Source: an uncultured Nitrospiraceae bacterium
GTDB lineage: Bacteria > Nitrospirota > Nitrospiria > Nitrospirales > Nitrospiraceae
Reading direction: 5' to 3'
DNA length: 64,000 nt
Assembly (NCBI GenBank): GCA_963730935.1
Contig: CAVSTP010000004.1
Span: 832,001-896,000 of the forward strand
Position 1 is the first letter of the stretch. Every line of letters starts with the position of its first letter. Under the pieces are notes generated by a model. That model saw only the letters and a list, made by a program, of their open reading frames with translations, did not search any database and was not told the DNA's origin. Made by a program: the position numbers and the translations under genes. Below are positions 28,453 through 39,106 of the stretch, piece after piece.

Positions 28453-30637
28453 ATGACGAATTTGCCACCAGATCGCCAGCCTCAGACTCCCGACACATCC
28501 GTCGACCTCGGCAGTCCAAGCTTGTTTTTCAACCGAGAACTCAGCTGGCTCCAATTCAACCTGCGAGTCTTAGAGGAAGCCGAAAATACGAGACATCCAT
28601 TGCTGGAACGGGTCAAGTTTCTGGCAATCTTCGCGACGAATCTCGACGAGTTCTTCATGGTGAGAGTATCGGGTCTCCGCCGTCAAATTGCGGGAGGAGC
28701 CGGCGAGATCCCGCCCGACGCCATGACGCCTTCTGATCAAATGTTGGCCATATGCCGTGAGCTGACAGTACATCTTGAGCGGCATCAAGACTGCTGGAAG
28801 AAAGATCTCTTGCCCAGGCTCCGTGAAGCAGGCATTCATGTCCTCCACATGAATGAATTGAATCAGCGCGAGCGGGACAGCCTGCGCCAATACTTTTCAC
28901 GAGAAATCTTTCCGACGCTCACTCCTCTGGCCATTGACCCGACCCACCCCTTTCCACATATCTCGAATCTCAGTTTCAATCTCGCAGTCGTCGTCAAAGA
29001 TCCTGATCGCGGTGAATGCTTCGCCCGCGTCAAGTTACCGGACGTGTTTCGGCGCCTCGTGTCCGTTCCCGGGCACGATGCGGACGCTCCGAAGAAAACA
29101 GAACTGGAGACAAGTCAGAAGAGCCAACGATTCGTCTGGCTGGAAGAGATTGTGGCAGACAATCTGGATCTGCTGTTTCCCGGTCTCGAAATCGTCGCCT
29201 CTTATCCCTTCCGCGTGACACGGGACGTCGAAGTGACGATCAAAGATGACGAAGCTCCCGACCTGATCACGGCGGTCGAGGAACAGCTCGAGTTACAGGA
29301 GTTTGGTTCCACGGTGCGGTTGGAGCTGGATGCCACCACTCCGAAGCATATTGCCGAAATCCTCACCAAGAACCTCCAGTTACCATCGTATTTGGTCTAC
29401 ACCGGAGAGGATCCGATCGGCATGGCCGGAGATCATGGAACTGACCTCGCTCGAACGTCCCGACCTGAAAGATGCTCCTTTCCAGCCATCCATTCCTGCG
29501 CTCTTAAGCAAGCCTGGCGGCATCCTGAACGCCATTCGGCACCAGGACTTGCTGCTCTATCATCCCTATGACAGTTTCATGCCAGTTGTGGACTTCGTCC
29601 GCGAGGCGGCCAATGATCCCAATGTCCTCGCGATCAAACAGACACTCTATCGTGTCAACCCACGATCGCCCATTGTTGACGCGTTGATGGAGGCCCGCGT
29701 CAACGGGAAGCAGGTGGCCGTCCTTGTCGAGCTGAAGGCCCGATTTGATGAAGAAAACAATATCGAATGGGCTCGGAAGCTTGAAGACGAAGGCGTGCAC
29801 GTCGTCTATGGAGTGCGCGGGCTCAAGACCCATACGAAGGTCTGTTTGGTCATCAGACGGGATGCCGATGGAATCCGGCGCTATGTCCATCTCGGCACTG
29901 GAAACTATAACGTCGTGTCGAGTCGCATCTACACCGACCTGAGCTATTTCACTTGTGATCCCGTCATCGGCACTGATGTGTCAGACCTCTTCAATGCTCT
30001 GACCGGATACTCCCGCAAGATAGCCTACGCGAGATTGCTGGTCGCCCCAACGACATTGAGGCGGGAAATGATCGAACGAATTGATCGTGAGATCCACCAT
30101 CACCGCGAACATGGCGGAGGGCACCTTTCTTTCAAGATGAATGCGCTCGTCGACAAGCCATGCATCCAAGCGCTCTATCGTGCGTCGCAAGCCGGCGTGA
30201 AAATCGATTTACAGGTACGAGGCATCTGCTGCTTGCGGCCCGGCGTGCCAAGAGTGAGTGAAACCATCACGGTGCGCTCGGTCGTCGGTCGGTTTCTGGA
30301 ACATGCCAGGATCTACTACTTTCACAATGCGGGACAACACGAAGTGCTCTTAGGCAGCGCGGATCTTATGCCGCGAAATCTCGATCGCAGGGTGGAAATT
30401 CTCTTTCCCGTGCTTCATCCGCAATGGCGAGACACGATCATCAATGACATTCTCGCGGTGGGAATTCGGGATAATGTTCAGGCAAGACGATTGCTGCCTG
30501 ATGGCAGGTACGAACGTCTTCATCCGCTGGATGGCGATCAGGCGATCGATTCTCAAGAATGGCTGCTCACTCGATGGAAGTCCGAGTCGAAAAAAGATAC
30601 CGCCTCAGATCGTTTACGTGTAACCTCGATTGAGTGA
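28453..30637 (+). pseudogene. ppk1: Polyphosphate kinase 1 split by a +1 frameshift near 29428
   Basis: FNRELSWLQFN, HPFPHISN in frame 1; LYHPYDSF, IKQTLYR, LKTHTK, GRFLEH in frame 2. Confidence 0.9.
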
Positions 30638-31245
30638 AAAAAGCCAGGCGCTCATCACACGACTGCTACCGAGCACAATTCGCCATTCACGCCTGCTTTT
30701 TCACATTTGCTTTTCTGGGTCTATCGATCCTCGTCTCAGAACACAGCATCGCAGGTGATATCACTCTTTTGGACATCGGCCCACGCTACGGGTTCAGCCG
30801 GAATGAACCTCTTTTAGGGAAGCGACAAACAGAATCTTTTAACCTTGTCGACCTAGCTGCCACCTTCAGACTGCCTTGGTCATGGCCACTGGGGCAGAGT
30901 CCGTGGAGTATCGAGACAAGACTGATCACCAGCGCGGGAGCTCTCTCCGCTGCTGGGAAAACCGGGTTCATTGCAGCTGTCCACCCGGATGTGGCCTTGA
31001 CCGGCTGGAACAATTTTGTTTCGATTGATGTGGGAGTAGGTCTAGCATTCTTGGGGCGAGAACAATACGGCTCGCAGGACTTCGGAGGGCCTGTCCAATT
31101 TGGACTCACGATGGCGCTTCAAATCCACCCGATCTCTCATGCGTTTGCGGGCTTTCGATTTCAGCACTTTTCAGACGCAGGCATGTATGGTTCGGATTCC
31201 CTCGGCATTGACTTATACCTCATCGAGGTCGGCTACCGATTCTGA
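30634..31245 (+). CDS. PagL-like outer-membrane acyloxyacyl hydrolase
   Basis: DFGGPVQF, FQHFSDAG, C-terminal YRF. Confidence 0.75.
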   Translation: MKKARRSSHDCYRAQFAIHACFFTFAFLGLSILVSEHSIAGDITLLDIGPRYGFSRNEPLLGKRQTESFNLVDLAATFRLPWSWPLGQSPWSIETRLITSAGALSAAGKTGFIAAVHPDVALTGWNNFVSIDVGVGLAFLGREQYGSQDFGGPVQFGLTMALQIHPISHAFAGFRFQHFSDAGMYGSDSLGIDLYLIEVGYRF

Positions 31246-31502
31246 TGTCAACCCTAGCCGACCCCGAATTAGTCTGGGAATGTCTGCTTCGACGAACTTC
31301 CCGAGAAGGATGAGCGATTCTTGCCATGATGACGCCGAAACATTCCATCGGTGAGTGGGGTGTTATGGCTGACTTTGCCGCTCCCTAGGGGCACGTCCTC
31401 TCGCTATGGGAAAAGCCGAAAACATAAGCCTACGGGCCGGGAAGACACAAGGTGGGGCAAAACGACCGTGCCATCCGAACGGCAAGGCGGGACGAAGGAG
31501 AG

Positions 31503-31540
31503 AAAACGGGGGTCTCCTGAATCGCGGCGCATGGCGGTCC
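31503..31540 (+). repeat. Array repeat copy
   Basis: AAAACGGGGGTCTCCTGAATCGCGGCGCATGGCGGTCC. Confidence 0.75.
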
Positions 31541-31747
31541 AGTCTTGTCGCCTACATCTCGGTTGAACGTCTCCATGCGCAACGGTGGGAGAAATTCGCT
31601 GACCCATAGTCAGCACATCTAATAGGTTCGCCTGTCAATTCTGACAGTATTCCTCTCTCCATCCCGGACATATACTTTCCCTTAAGACTCAACGCGGAGG
31701 AACACAACGTAACCGCCACGGGTTTGTCGGCCTGGAACAAGGCACAC

Positions 31748-32416
31748 ATGGAAATGAAGGGGAAAGTCGTCCTGATTACCGGCGGAGCTGGCGCACTAGG
31801 ACAGAGTGTCGTTCCGGCGTTCGTTTCCGCGGGTGCCTCCGTCATCTTAGGAGATCTCAATCCAGTGCAAGTGCCTGGAGTCACTGCGCTCAAGGCCGAC
31901 TTCACCGACCAGACACAAGTCCGAACCCTCGTGGATGAAGTGATCCGAACGTCAGGCCAGCTCGATGCGCTGATCAATCTGGTCGGTGGCTTCGCCACGG
32001 GTCGTGTAGTGGAAACCGACGTGTCGGTATGGCAGCGGATGTTAATCTTGAATCTGACCTCGGCTTTTCTGCTCTCGCAGGCAGTGTTGCCTTCCATGCT
32101 GCAACGCGGTCAGGGACGCATCGTGCACGTTGCCGCCCGAGCCGCACTTGAACCATTTTCAGGGGCAGCAGCGTACATCGTATCGAAGGCAGGCCTTATC
32201 GGATTGATCCGCACGCTGTCTATAGAACTGGCAGGTTCAGGTGTCACGGTGAACGCTGTCTTGCCGAGCACGATCGATACGCCTGCCAATAGAAGGGCGA
32301 TGCCCGCTGCCGATCCATCAAAATGGGCTCGGCCAGACTCCATCGCACAAACGTTGACTTTCCTCGCTTCGGACGCCGCCAGCCAAATCAACGGGGCGTT
32401 AATTCCAATCGGGTAA
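31748..32416 (+). CDS. SDR family oxidoreductase
   Basis: TGGAGALG, YIVSK, PSTIDTPANR. Confidence 0.9.
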   Translation: MEMKGKVVLITGGAGALGQSVVPAFVSAGASVILGDLNPVQVPGVTALKADFTDQTQVRTLVDEVIRTSGQLDALINLVGGFATGRVVETDVSVWQRMLILNLTSAFLLSQAVLPSMLQRGQGRIVHVAARAALEPFSGAAAYIVSKAGLIGLIRTLSIELAGSGVTVNAVLPSTIDTPANRRAMPAADPSKWARPDSIAQTLTFLASDAASQINGALIPIG

Positions 32417-32425
32417 GGCGAAAGG

Positions 32426-32462
32426 AAACGGTGTCAGGAACCACTGTGCGGTGCGTGGCGGG
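32426..32462 (+). repeat. Array repeat copy
   Basis: AAACGGTGTCAGGAACCACTGTGCGGTGCGTGGCGGG. Confidence 0.8.
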
Positions 32463-32515
32463 ATTACAATGCTTAACCGACTGTCCAAATATTTAGTGGA
32501 GCCGTACAGTCCTGT

Positions 32516-32968
32516 TTAGTCGATGATATCGACCTTCTTCCCCTGTGCCTTTGCACGTGTGAGGCAATCGGTATCAGTCGTTGAACAACGCAGCGTGTCA
32601 AGTTGATGTTCTTCGACAATCTCGACCTTCTTGCGTTGTGCCTTCGCCTGCTTCATACAGCCAGCATCGGTAATGAGACATTTCATGGTGTCATTAGTGG
32701 CTGGCTTTTCAACCATCTCGACCTGTCTCCCCTCCTCTTTTGCTCGCCTGAGGCACTCTCGGTCCGTCGCGACACATTTGACCGTCTCTTCGGTCTTCTT
32801 GATAGCCTTGTCAATGGATTGGTCGATGTTCTGATTTACTCGGTCTTGCGCTTTGCGCTTGGCGCTTTCGGTGGCTCGATTCATAAGACCATCGATATAT
32901 CCTTGAGCTTGTACCTCGGCAACATTGAACAGCGTCAGCGCCACAATGCACCCGATGAAACGTGTCAT
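32516..32968 (-). CDS. Exported protein with three internal C..TD..C...AK repeats
   Basis: CVATDRECLRRAK / CLITDAGCMKQAK / CSTTDTDCLTRAK. Confidence 0.7.
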   Translation of the reverse strand: MTRFIGCIVALTLFNVAEVQAQGYIDGLMNRATESAKRKAQDRVNQNIDQSIDKAIKKTEETVKCVATDRECLRRAKEEGRQVEMVEKPATNDTMKCLITDAGCMKQAKAQRKKVEIVEEHQLDTLRCSTTDTDCLTRAKAQGKKVDIID

Positions 32969-33076
32969 GATAAGTGGCCCTCCCTTCAAACCAGCTAACC
33001 TACAAATAAGGATAGCAGATCGGGCAAACCCCGCTACCAAGCTGAAGGAAAAGGTTATTAATCGTCCCCCATCCTA

Positions 33077-33198
33077 GCGGACGGATGGGACATAGACTGC
33101 TGATTACGAATCAGCAGGATCACAATCATGCCGCGCTATCGCATACTGGGGATTTTTTATTCCATTCTCTCGATGTCCGGCGAAACCCATGCCTTCTG
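33077..33198. repeat. Imperfect duplicate of 33949-34069, including the last 14 codons of a DUF1214 gene
   Basis: Minus strand 33198-33157 encodes QKAWVSPDIERME* versus QKAWVLPDIERME*. Confidence 0.8.
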
Positions 33199-33219
33199 CC
33201 TTGATCACTCGCGCGACAC

Positions 33220-33861
33220 GTGATAGAAGCTTTGCCCGCTGGTCGGAGTTCTAACAAGAGGCACTTCATTCACTTGAGTCGATCTGGGCCATGTACGCAT
33301 TTGTCCGCTGTGATCTTAGCCGTGGCCACGGCTCTCCTCGGACTTATGAATCCGTCCGCTGGCGCTGAAGAGTTGAGACTCGAATATTTGGCCCTGAGAG
33401 GAGGCTTTACCGGATATGTGATTGGACAATATCAACCAGACTATTTTAACCAAGCCGATGTTGCGTTAGCCGCGCGGCTTCCCTGGCAAAAGGAACTCGG
33501 GGCCGACTGGGTTCTCGGGACGCGCATTCTGGGCTCTGCCGGCGTGCTCATCGGGGCTCACGAAACGCCTGGGATCTTCACGCTGATACCGTTCTATGTG
33601 ATGTGCGGTCGAAAGGACGGACTGATTTCCATTGATATAGGTGGGGGCGGTGCCTTGGTCACCCAGTATAAGTTCCAGAATCAGAGCTTCGGCGGGCCGT
33701 TTCAGTTTGTGTGGACGTTCGGCGCGACCAGTCGTTTCGCCGGACCGTTCGGAGCAGGCTACCATTTTCAACATTTCTCCGACGCCGGAATGTACGGGAG
33801 TGACGCCCGCGGCGTCGATATGCATCTCTTTGAACTTACCTATTGGTTTGACACAAAGTGA
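33220..33861 (+). CDS. PagL-like acyloxyacyl hydrolase (start uncertain)
   Basis: FGGPFQF, FQHFSDAGMYG. Confidence 0.75.
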   Translation: MIEALPAGRSSNKRHFIHLSRSGPCTHLSAVILAVATALLGLMNPSAGAEELRLEYLALRGGFTGYVIGQYQPDYFNQADVALAARLPWQKELGADWVLGTRILGSAGVLIGAHETPGIFTLIPFYVMCGRKDGLISIDIGGGGALVTQYKFQNQSFGGPFQFVWTFGATSRFAGPFGAGYHFQHFSDAGMYGSDARGVDMHLFELTYWFDTK

Positions 33862-33873
33862 CCTGGGGAAGAG

Positions 33874-33914
33874 AAAAGGTGTCCGAAACCCTATTGCGGC
33901 GCGTGGCGGGCCCG
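33874..33914 (+). repeat. Array repeat copy
   Basis: AAAAGGTGTCCGAAACCCTATTGCGGCGCGTGGCGGGCCCG. Confidence 0.85.
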
Positions 33915-34027
33915 CCTTAATCGGCTGTACCCGTTGAACGTCTTCCTTGCGGACGGACGGGACATAGCCGCTGATAACGAATGAGCGGAATCACAATCCT
34001 GTTTCGTCATCGCCTACTTGGGCTTTT

Positions 34028-35479
34028 TTATTCCATTCTCTCGATGTCCGGCAACACCCACGCCTTCTGGAAAAGTGGCTTTTCCGGACCATAGAACCGG
34101 AAGAGAACTTCGAAGCCTCCGTCGGCGTTCGTCGGCACCCAGTTTGATTCCTTCCCATCTGGCGGTGTTGAGCCGAAAAAAAGATCGACCGAGCCGTCCG
34201 CGTTCTTCTGGAGTCCGGGTGTACTCGATGAGCGGCTGAACCAACGTGAATTGCGGATGAGCGTGTGCGTGGCGCCGTCGTACGCGGTGGCTGACCAGTA
34301 GAGGCTTACAGGGACGTCGGGAGGCACGGTGAGGCGATAGGCTCTGGCCCCCTCCAGGCGACGGCCAGACTTGTCCTTGATGGTCATAAGATAGAACTGT
34401 CCCGCACCAAGGTGCTTCGCACTGAAGTACGCCATGGCATACGTTACCGCACGCCCATCTATAGGGTAACTGTTTCGGTTCGCAAAAAAGTTTGGCATGC
34501 CTTCGACGACTTCCGGCGATGCAGGCAATGCCCAGTGATTGCCTGCATTGAATGGCGGAACGAAGGTCTTTTCATATTGCATCTCTATCAAGGCGCGGGC
34601 TTCATGCGCAGACGTTTCTAGCATCACCTTGGTGGTTGTGTCAGGATGAAACGGCTTGCCCTTCTCGATGCCAACCGACTTCAGCATGTCGATCATCGCC
34701 TTGTCGCGGGTCAGCCACGGCTCGGTTTGCACAAAGCGGTTGAGTGACTCGAAAAAGCGCGCGTCATACGGAATAGTCGCATCGAAGATGCGGCCAACCG
34801 CGTCAACGAATTTGGTTTGCTGACCGCTTTTTCCCCCACCCGCCGCCAGCGGATAGAACTTTACGCGCTTGCCGTACGCGACGGCTTTTGCGATATCGGC
34901 CTCGCTGCCGCTTTTCAGGTTTGACCGAAGGAGCGCATACCCTTGGTAGGTATCGGAACGAAGTGGGATGTAACCGGTGGGAACCTTCCCCTTATGTTCC
35001 GGCGGCAGGATTAAATACTTACCGCCCTTACCCTTATCCACACCGGCAGGGCCGACATCTTCCAGCGCGTTTTGCCATCCATCATCGATGCTACCGGTGA
35101 TTGAGCCCTCGTCGGACGGCGGAATCTCGAGCACGACAGGGCCATCCTTCGTGTTGTAGAACGGCATGAAGTATATGGTGTCGGGGTTGGGCGTGAGGGT
35201 CTGGTTCTTCCAGTCCACTGGCCTCGACCAATAGACGATCTGGTTAGGCCCTCCCTTGACGGCAACGAATGCCTGATACATCAGGTCGAAGTTGACCGCT
35301 GGCATGCCCCACATGACGGCTTCGACGGCCCTGCGCTTGAGGGTACGGCGGGCAAGCTCCTCAGCTGAGTAATCTTGGGCCTGCGTCATCAGCGTGTCTG
35401 TCATCACCAGAAACAGAGCCACGGCAACGAGAAAACAGGCCTGGTTTCTAAGACCTCCCATAATTTCATGCTCCTTCAT
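34028..35479 (-). CDS. DUF1254/DUF1214 exported protein
   Basis: LTPNPDTIY, GPAGVDKGKGGKYL, NADGSVDLFFG, FRFYGP. Confidence 0.85.
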   Translation of the reverse strand: MKEHEIMGGLRNQACFLVAVALFLVMTDTLMTQAQDYSAEELARRTLKRRAVEAVMWGMPAVNFDLMYQAFVAVKGGPNQIVYWSRPVDWKNQTLTPNPDTIYFMPFYNTKDGPVVLEIPPSDEGSITGSIDDGWQNALEDVGPAGVDKGKGGKYLILPPEHKGKVPTGYIPLRSDTYQGYALLRSNLKSGSEADIAKAVAYGKRVKFYPLAAGGGKSGQQTKFVDAVGRIFDATIPYDARFFESLNRFVQTEPWLTRDKAMIDMLKSVGIEKGKPFHPDTTTKVMLETSAHEARALIEMQYEKTFVPPFNAGNHWALPASPEVVEGMPNFFANRNSYPIDGRAVTYAMAYFSAKHLGAGQFYLMTIKDKSGRRLEGARAYRLTVPPDVPVSLYWSATAYDGATHTLIRNSRWFSRSSSTPGLQKNADGSVDLFFGSTPPDGKESNWVPTNADGGFEVLFRFYGPEKPLFQKAWVLPDIERME

Positions 35480-35658
35480 TGACTTCGATCCATTCCCTTC
35501 TGGCGAAGATGGCCTCGTGACTGATATCCCACAACGCTTAGTGTATTTTATCCACCTACCGGCCAGCCAGAAACTGGGAGAAGTAACAGGTTCAATGTGG
35601 ACACGATCCGGCGGAGTGGCTAGACTGATCAATCCCCTCATTCATTCAGCAAAAAGGA

Positions 35659-36132
35659 GTGACCATGAGACTTCTTCATGAACTCCTCAACAGTCTCCTA
35701 TACGCAAGCCTAACGGTCACGGCCATATCCGGGGGGACAGCCCTAGCCGGTGGTGGGACTGTGGTGACAAAACCCAGCAACTATTCTGTCTCCGAAACAA
35801 TCGGCCGGATTGAGAGAGCGGTCACGGCGAAGGGGATGCAGATCTTTGCTCGGATTGATCACGGCGGAGAGGCGAAGAAAGCGGGGTTGGCCATGAGACC
35901 AACCGAGTTGCTCATCTTTGGCAACCCAAAGGGCGGGACCGCTCTCATGGTGGCCAAGCCTACAGCTGCGATTGACCTCCCCATGAAAGCCTTGGCATGG
36001 GAAGACGAGGATGGCAAAGTGTGGCTCACGTATAACTCGCCCGAGCTCCTGCACGAGCGACACGGTGTGCCGACGGACCTCACCTCGAAACTCGATTCGG
36101 TTGGCAAGCTGTTGGAAGCGACGGTGGAGTAG
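35659..36132 (+). CDS. DUF302 domain protein
   Basis: FARIDH, LIFGNPKGGT.LM, IDLP. Confidence 0.85.
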   Translation: MTMRLLHELLNSLLYASLTVTAISGGTALAGGGTVVTKPSNYSVSETIGRIERAVTAKGMQIFARIDHGGEAKKAGLAMRPTELLIFGNPKGGTALMVAKPTAAIDLPMKALAWEDEDGKVWLTYNSPELLHERHGVPTDLTSKLDSVGKLLEATVE

Positions 36133-36162
36133 CTAGCGTAGCGGGGGCCGTTTATCGGTAGC

Positions 36163-36555
36163 CTAGGCGCGAACCAACATTCGACCATGCAAGAAGAGAA
36201 AGATGGAGAAGACCAAAGCAAGCAGTGCAAGCACTGTATTCGTGGCAGCAAGGACGAGTTTGCTTTGAAACAGGTTCGTGAATCGCGCCTGCAAATGTAA
36301 CCGCTGTAACCACTTGGGATACCCGTCAGTCTCGTGCCAGCCCCTATTCAATCCGAACAGCACAAGGATCGATAGAATGGAGAAATTCGCGGCGTACGCG
36401 ATGTTTTGCAGCAGCTTCCCCAGCTCATCTTGCGAGCTTGGAGGGGTATCCGGAATATCGAGGAGGGCCTTCAAGGAATCGCCAGAAAATGGCAGGCTGA
36501 TGACGAGCCAGACAAGCCCGACGAATGCCCAGAAAAACCATGAGGCTTTCTTCAT
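36163..36555 (-). CDS. Membrane protein
   Basis: Three hydrophobic segments. Confidence 0.55.
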   Translation of the reverse strand: MKKASWFFWAFVGLVWLVISLPFSGDSLKALLDIPDTPPSSQDELGKLLQNIAYAANFSILSILVLFGLNRGWHETDGYPKWLQRLHLQARFTNLFQSKLVLAATNTVLALLALVFSIFLFLHGRMLVRA

Positions 36556-36612
36556 TTGGCAATCACAATAGAACAAGCCGGTGCGGAAATCAAAAACTGC
36601 GCCATCAATCTG

Positions 36613-36630
36613 TTCGCGGCGCGGGGCGGG
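36613..36630 (+). repeat. Array repeat copy
   Basis: TTCGCGGCGCGGGGCGGG. Confidence 0.7.
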
Positions 36631-36746
36631 ACAAGGCTCCCCTTGCAACCTGCCCGAAGCATAACGCAGTTCGGTAGCCCGCCCAACCAATAGCGTCTCC
36701 CTGCCCGCGGGAACGCAAATCATCCCTTACAAAGTCTTTGAACTTC

Positions 36747-37033
36747 CTAGCTGCCATTGAGATGAAGGAGAAGGCCAAGTAAGACGGCTTTCCCCTGAGC
36801 GCGTTCGGTTTCAGCCTTCGCCGTGCCTTTTGCGGGTTCTACTCGGCGCTCGTCTTGTTGCCCTTCACGTCCTCGACTGCGTCTTTCGTCTGTCCTTTCC
36901 CTTTCTCGACGAGAGACTTCGTTTGTCCTTTCATTTTCTCCATCGCGACGGAGGTGTCGCCTGCGTGACCCGCACCGACGAATCCCAAGATTGAAAGTAT
37001 CGCGATGCCTGCAGCAAGTGGAAGTGTTCTCAT
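36747..37033 (-). pseudogene. CsbD-like exported protein, frameshifted near 36842
   Basis: EKMKGQTK/EKGKGQTK repeats continue in another frame (AKGTAKAETERAQGKA). Confidence 0.5.
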
Positions 37034-37229
37034 GATCCAATCTCCTTCATGGTACGAGGTGATAGATCCTTGACACGTGATCCTTGCTGATATTCTTAGC
37101 CTCTTTGCGCGACGCGGATAGGTGTGCGGTGAACAGCGGCGGCGTATCTTCAATCCACCATGATACCCGGCGAGAGATCACGCCGCGGCGAAGAGACACG
37201 CTAACGAGATACCTATGGTGAGGCCGATG

Positions 37230-37475
37230 CTAGCCCCTTCGCCTGCCTTTCGTCCTCGGCCTGCTCAGATCGTGCTGACGTGGGAAGCATAGCCTGAGAT
37301 TGTGGGTCCCCTTGCTCATCTCGACTCGCCCCGCTTGATTCAAGCGAACGAGTTCGATGAGGGTATCGTGCCAGGTAAATTCGCTGCAGCTGAACACCAA
37401 CTCTTCAAGCTCACATTCAGGAGAGCGGCGTAACTGTTTGATGACTCGCTTGGTAATGGCGGTGTAGGGTGACAT
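37230..37475 (-). CDS. Small wHTH-like protein (paralog of 50269-50478)
   Basis: P.C..E.LV....F.W...E..RL...G pattern. Confidence 0.55.
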   Translation of the reverse strand: MSPYTAITKRVIKQLRRSPECELEELVFSCSEFTWHDTLIELVRLNQAGRVEMSKGTHNLRLCFPRQHDLSRPRTKGRRRG

Positions 37476-38026
37476 CAAAATGTCTCCTTTCAGATGATCC
37501 GACCGTCCCGATCCACAGTGTCGATCTGCTGAGACGTCTTCAACCATAGCGTGACCTCAAGCAAGGAGTCTGCTGAGCGACATCCTTGCCGGTAAGGCCG
37601 CCATCTGGATGGCTGAATTTCCATCTCCAGCCTCACCTACCACTTCGATAAGACGAAATCGTCAAAGAATTCCCGTAGAGTCTCACGAAACGGAACAAAA
37701 TCATCGACCTCCAGAATACTCAGTGATTCAGCTGGGAAGGTTACCGACATCGTGTTCAACTGTTCAAAGGCCACATTCCACCTGCATTGATTCTCTGCCT
37801 CTAAGACCGCCCTGTCTGTTCAAAAGATGACACTGGGGCATTCCCGAGCCGCATAATGGCCAATCATCGCTTTAGAGTTGTGGGCAGGAGCGGACTGAGC
37901 CCGAATATCGCACGCTGCTCATCAAAGCCGGACTTCAGATGACCAAGGCCGTGCCCACAGAGCGGTGAGCATCGTGGAGGCGATGGTTGCCTGATCACCG
38001 GTTCCACTCAGGTGCAGCAGATTGAG

Positions 38027-38051
38027 CACTTCACCACGCGCGGCGGGCCGG
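38027..38051 (+). repeat. Degenerate array repeat copy
   Basis: CACTTCACCACGCGCGGCGGGCCGG; TAGACC-N17-TAAAAT at 38099-38127. Confidence 0.65.
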
Positions 38052-38162
38052 CCTTCCGCATCGACCTCCCCATTCACACTGCTTATCCATGCTTGCCTTA
38101 GACCTGCCCGCATAAGAAACGTAAAATGGCTCGACTCCTCGTTCGACACCGCGAGGCGTTAC

Positions 38163-38558
38163 CTGATACCCGTTGTTGTTGGCGTTCTCCTTGCTGCTGG
38201 AATCGCAGCACTTGCCAAGTTCACACGCTTCGATGAAGATCGCAGCTTCTACCCCACTGTTCTGGTGATCATCGCATCATACTACCTGCTATCCGCAGTT
38301 CTAGGCGGGTCAGGTCACGCCTTGGTCTGGGAGCTGGTTATCGCCGTCGCATTTTCAACAGCAGCTATTATCGGAGCAGTCTTTTCACCCACGCTGGTAG
38401 GGATTGGCATTCTTACACATGGTCTATCTGATCTTGTGCATGACGTGATCATTCAGAACCCTGGCGTCCCGACCTGGTGACCAAGCTTTTGTGGAAGCCT
38501 TGATGCATTGTTGGGGCTGTGGGTGATCAGCATTACCCGTTCCCGACGAATTTCGTGA
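38163..38558 (+). pseudogene. Membrane protein with premature TGA at 38478
   Basis: DRSFYPTVLVIIASYY...NPGVPTW*PSFCGSLD; probable TGG to TGA change; no canonical start codon. Confidence 0.55.
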
Positions 38559-38659
38559 TGCGGGACTGGCTAGTCTACCCGCTGATATGCAATCAGCGCG
38601 TTCAGATGAAGGATGTGTGTGTGCTTCTGTGTTAAGATGACGCACCTCGGCTTGAACCA

Positions 38660-39106
38660 ATGGAGAATCGTTCTATGAACGGCGATAAGACGATCGCCTC
38701 CGATCTCTTGCAGCGGCATTTCCAGACACTCGTGAATGACAACCTGCGATGGCAGATGCTCATCGACGATAATATTGTATGGGAACTCGCTTACGCGGCG
38801 GCCATAGGCCACCCAACGAGGCTCTCGGGGCGGGAAGAAGTCGTCCGTCACGTCACCTGGTTCTTGGGAGCGGTGAAGGATTTTCGCTTCTTTGATCTTA
38901 AGGTGTTTCCCTTGGCTGATCCTGAAGGAGCCGTAGGTCAAGTCATGGCGGAGGGGACTATTCAGTCCACTGGCCGAATGTATCAGCAGGAATATGTGCT
39001 GTTCTTGCGTGCGACCGGTGGCAAGATTATTTCCCTGCGAGAGTATTTTGATCCTACGCGCGCAGCGAAGGCCCTCAATACGCCCATTCTCGGTCTGGAA
39101 GCCTAG
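38660..39106 (+). CDS. SnoaL/PhzA-B-like NTF2 protein
   Basis: GRMYQQEYV, GKIISLREYFDP. Confidence 0.8.
   Translation: MENRSMNGDKTIASDLLQRHFQTLVNDNLRWQMLIDDNIVWELAYAAAIGHPTRLSGREEVVRHVTWFLGAVKDFRFFDLKVFPLADPEGAVGQVMAEGTIQSTGRMYQQEYVLFLRATGGKIISLREYFDPTRAAKALNTPILGLEA

Noticed and set aside
26563..38480. TGA recoding (Sec, Trp or Gly) at two in-frame stops
   Set aside because: TGA is a normal stop in many genes here and no SECIS-like hairpin was recognised; point mutation or sequencing error is simpler.
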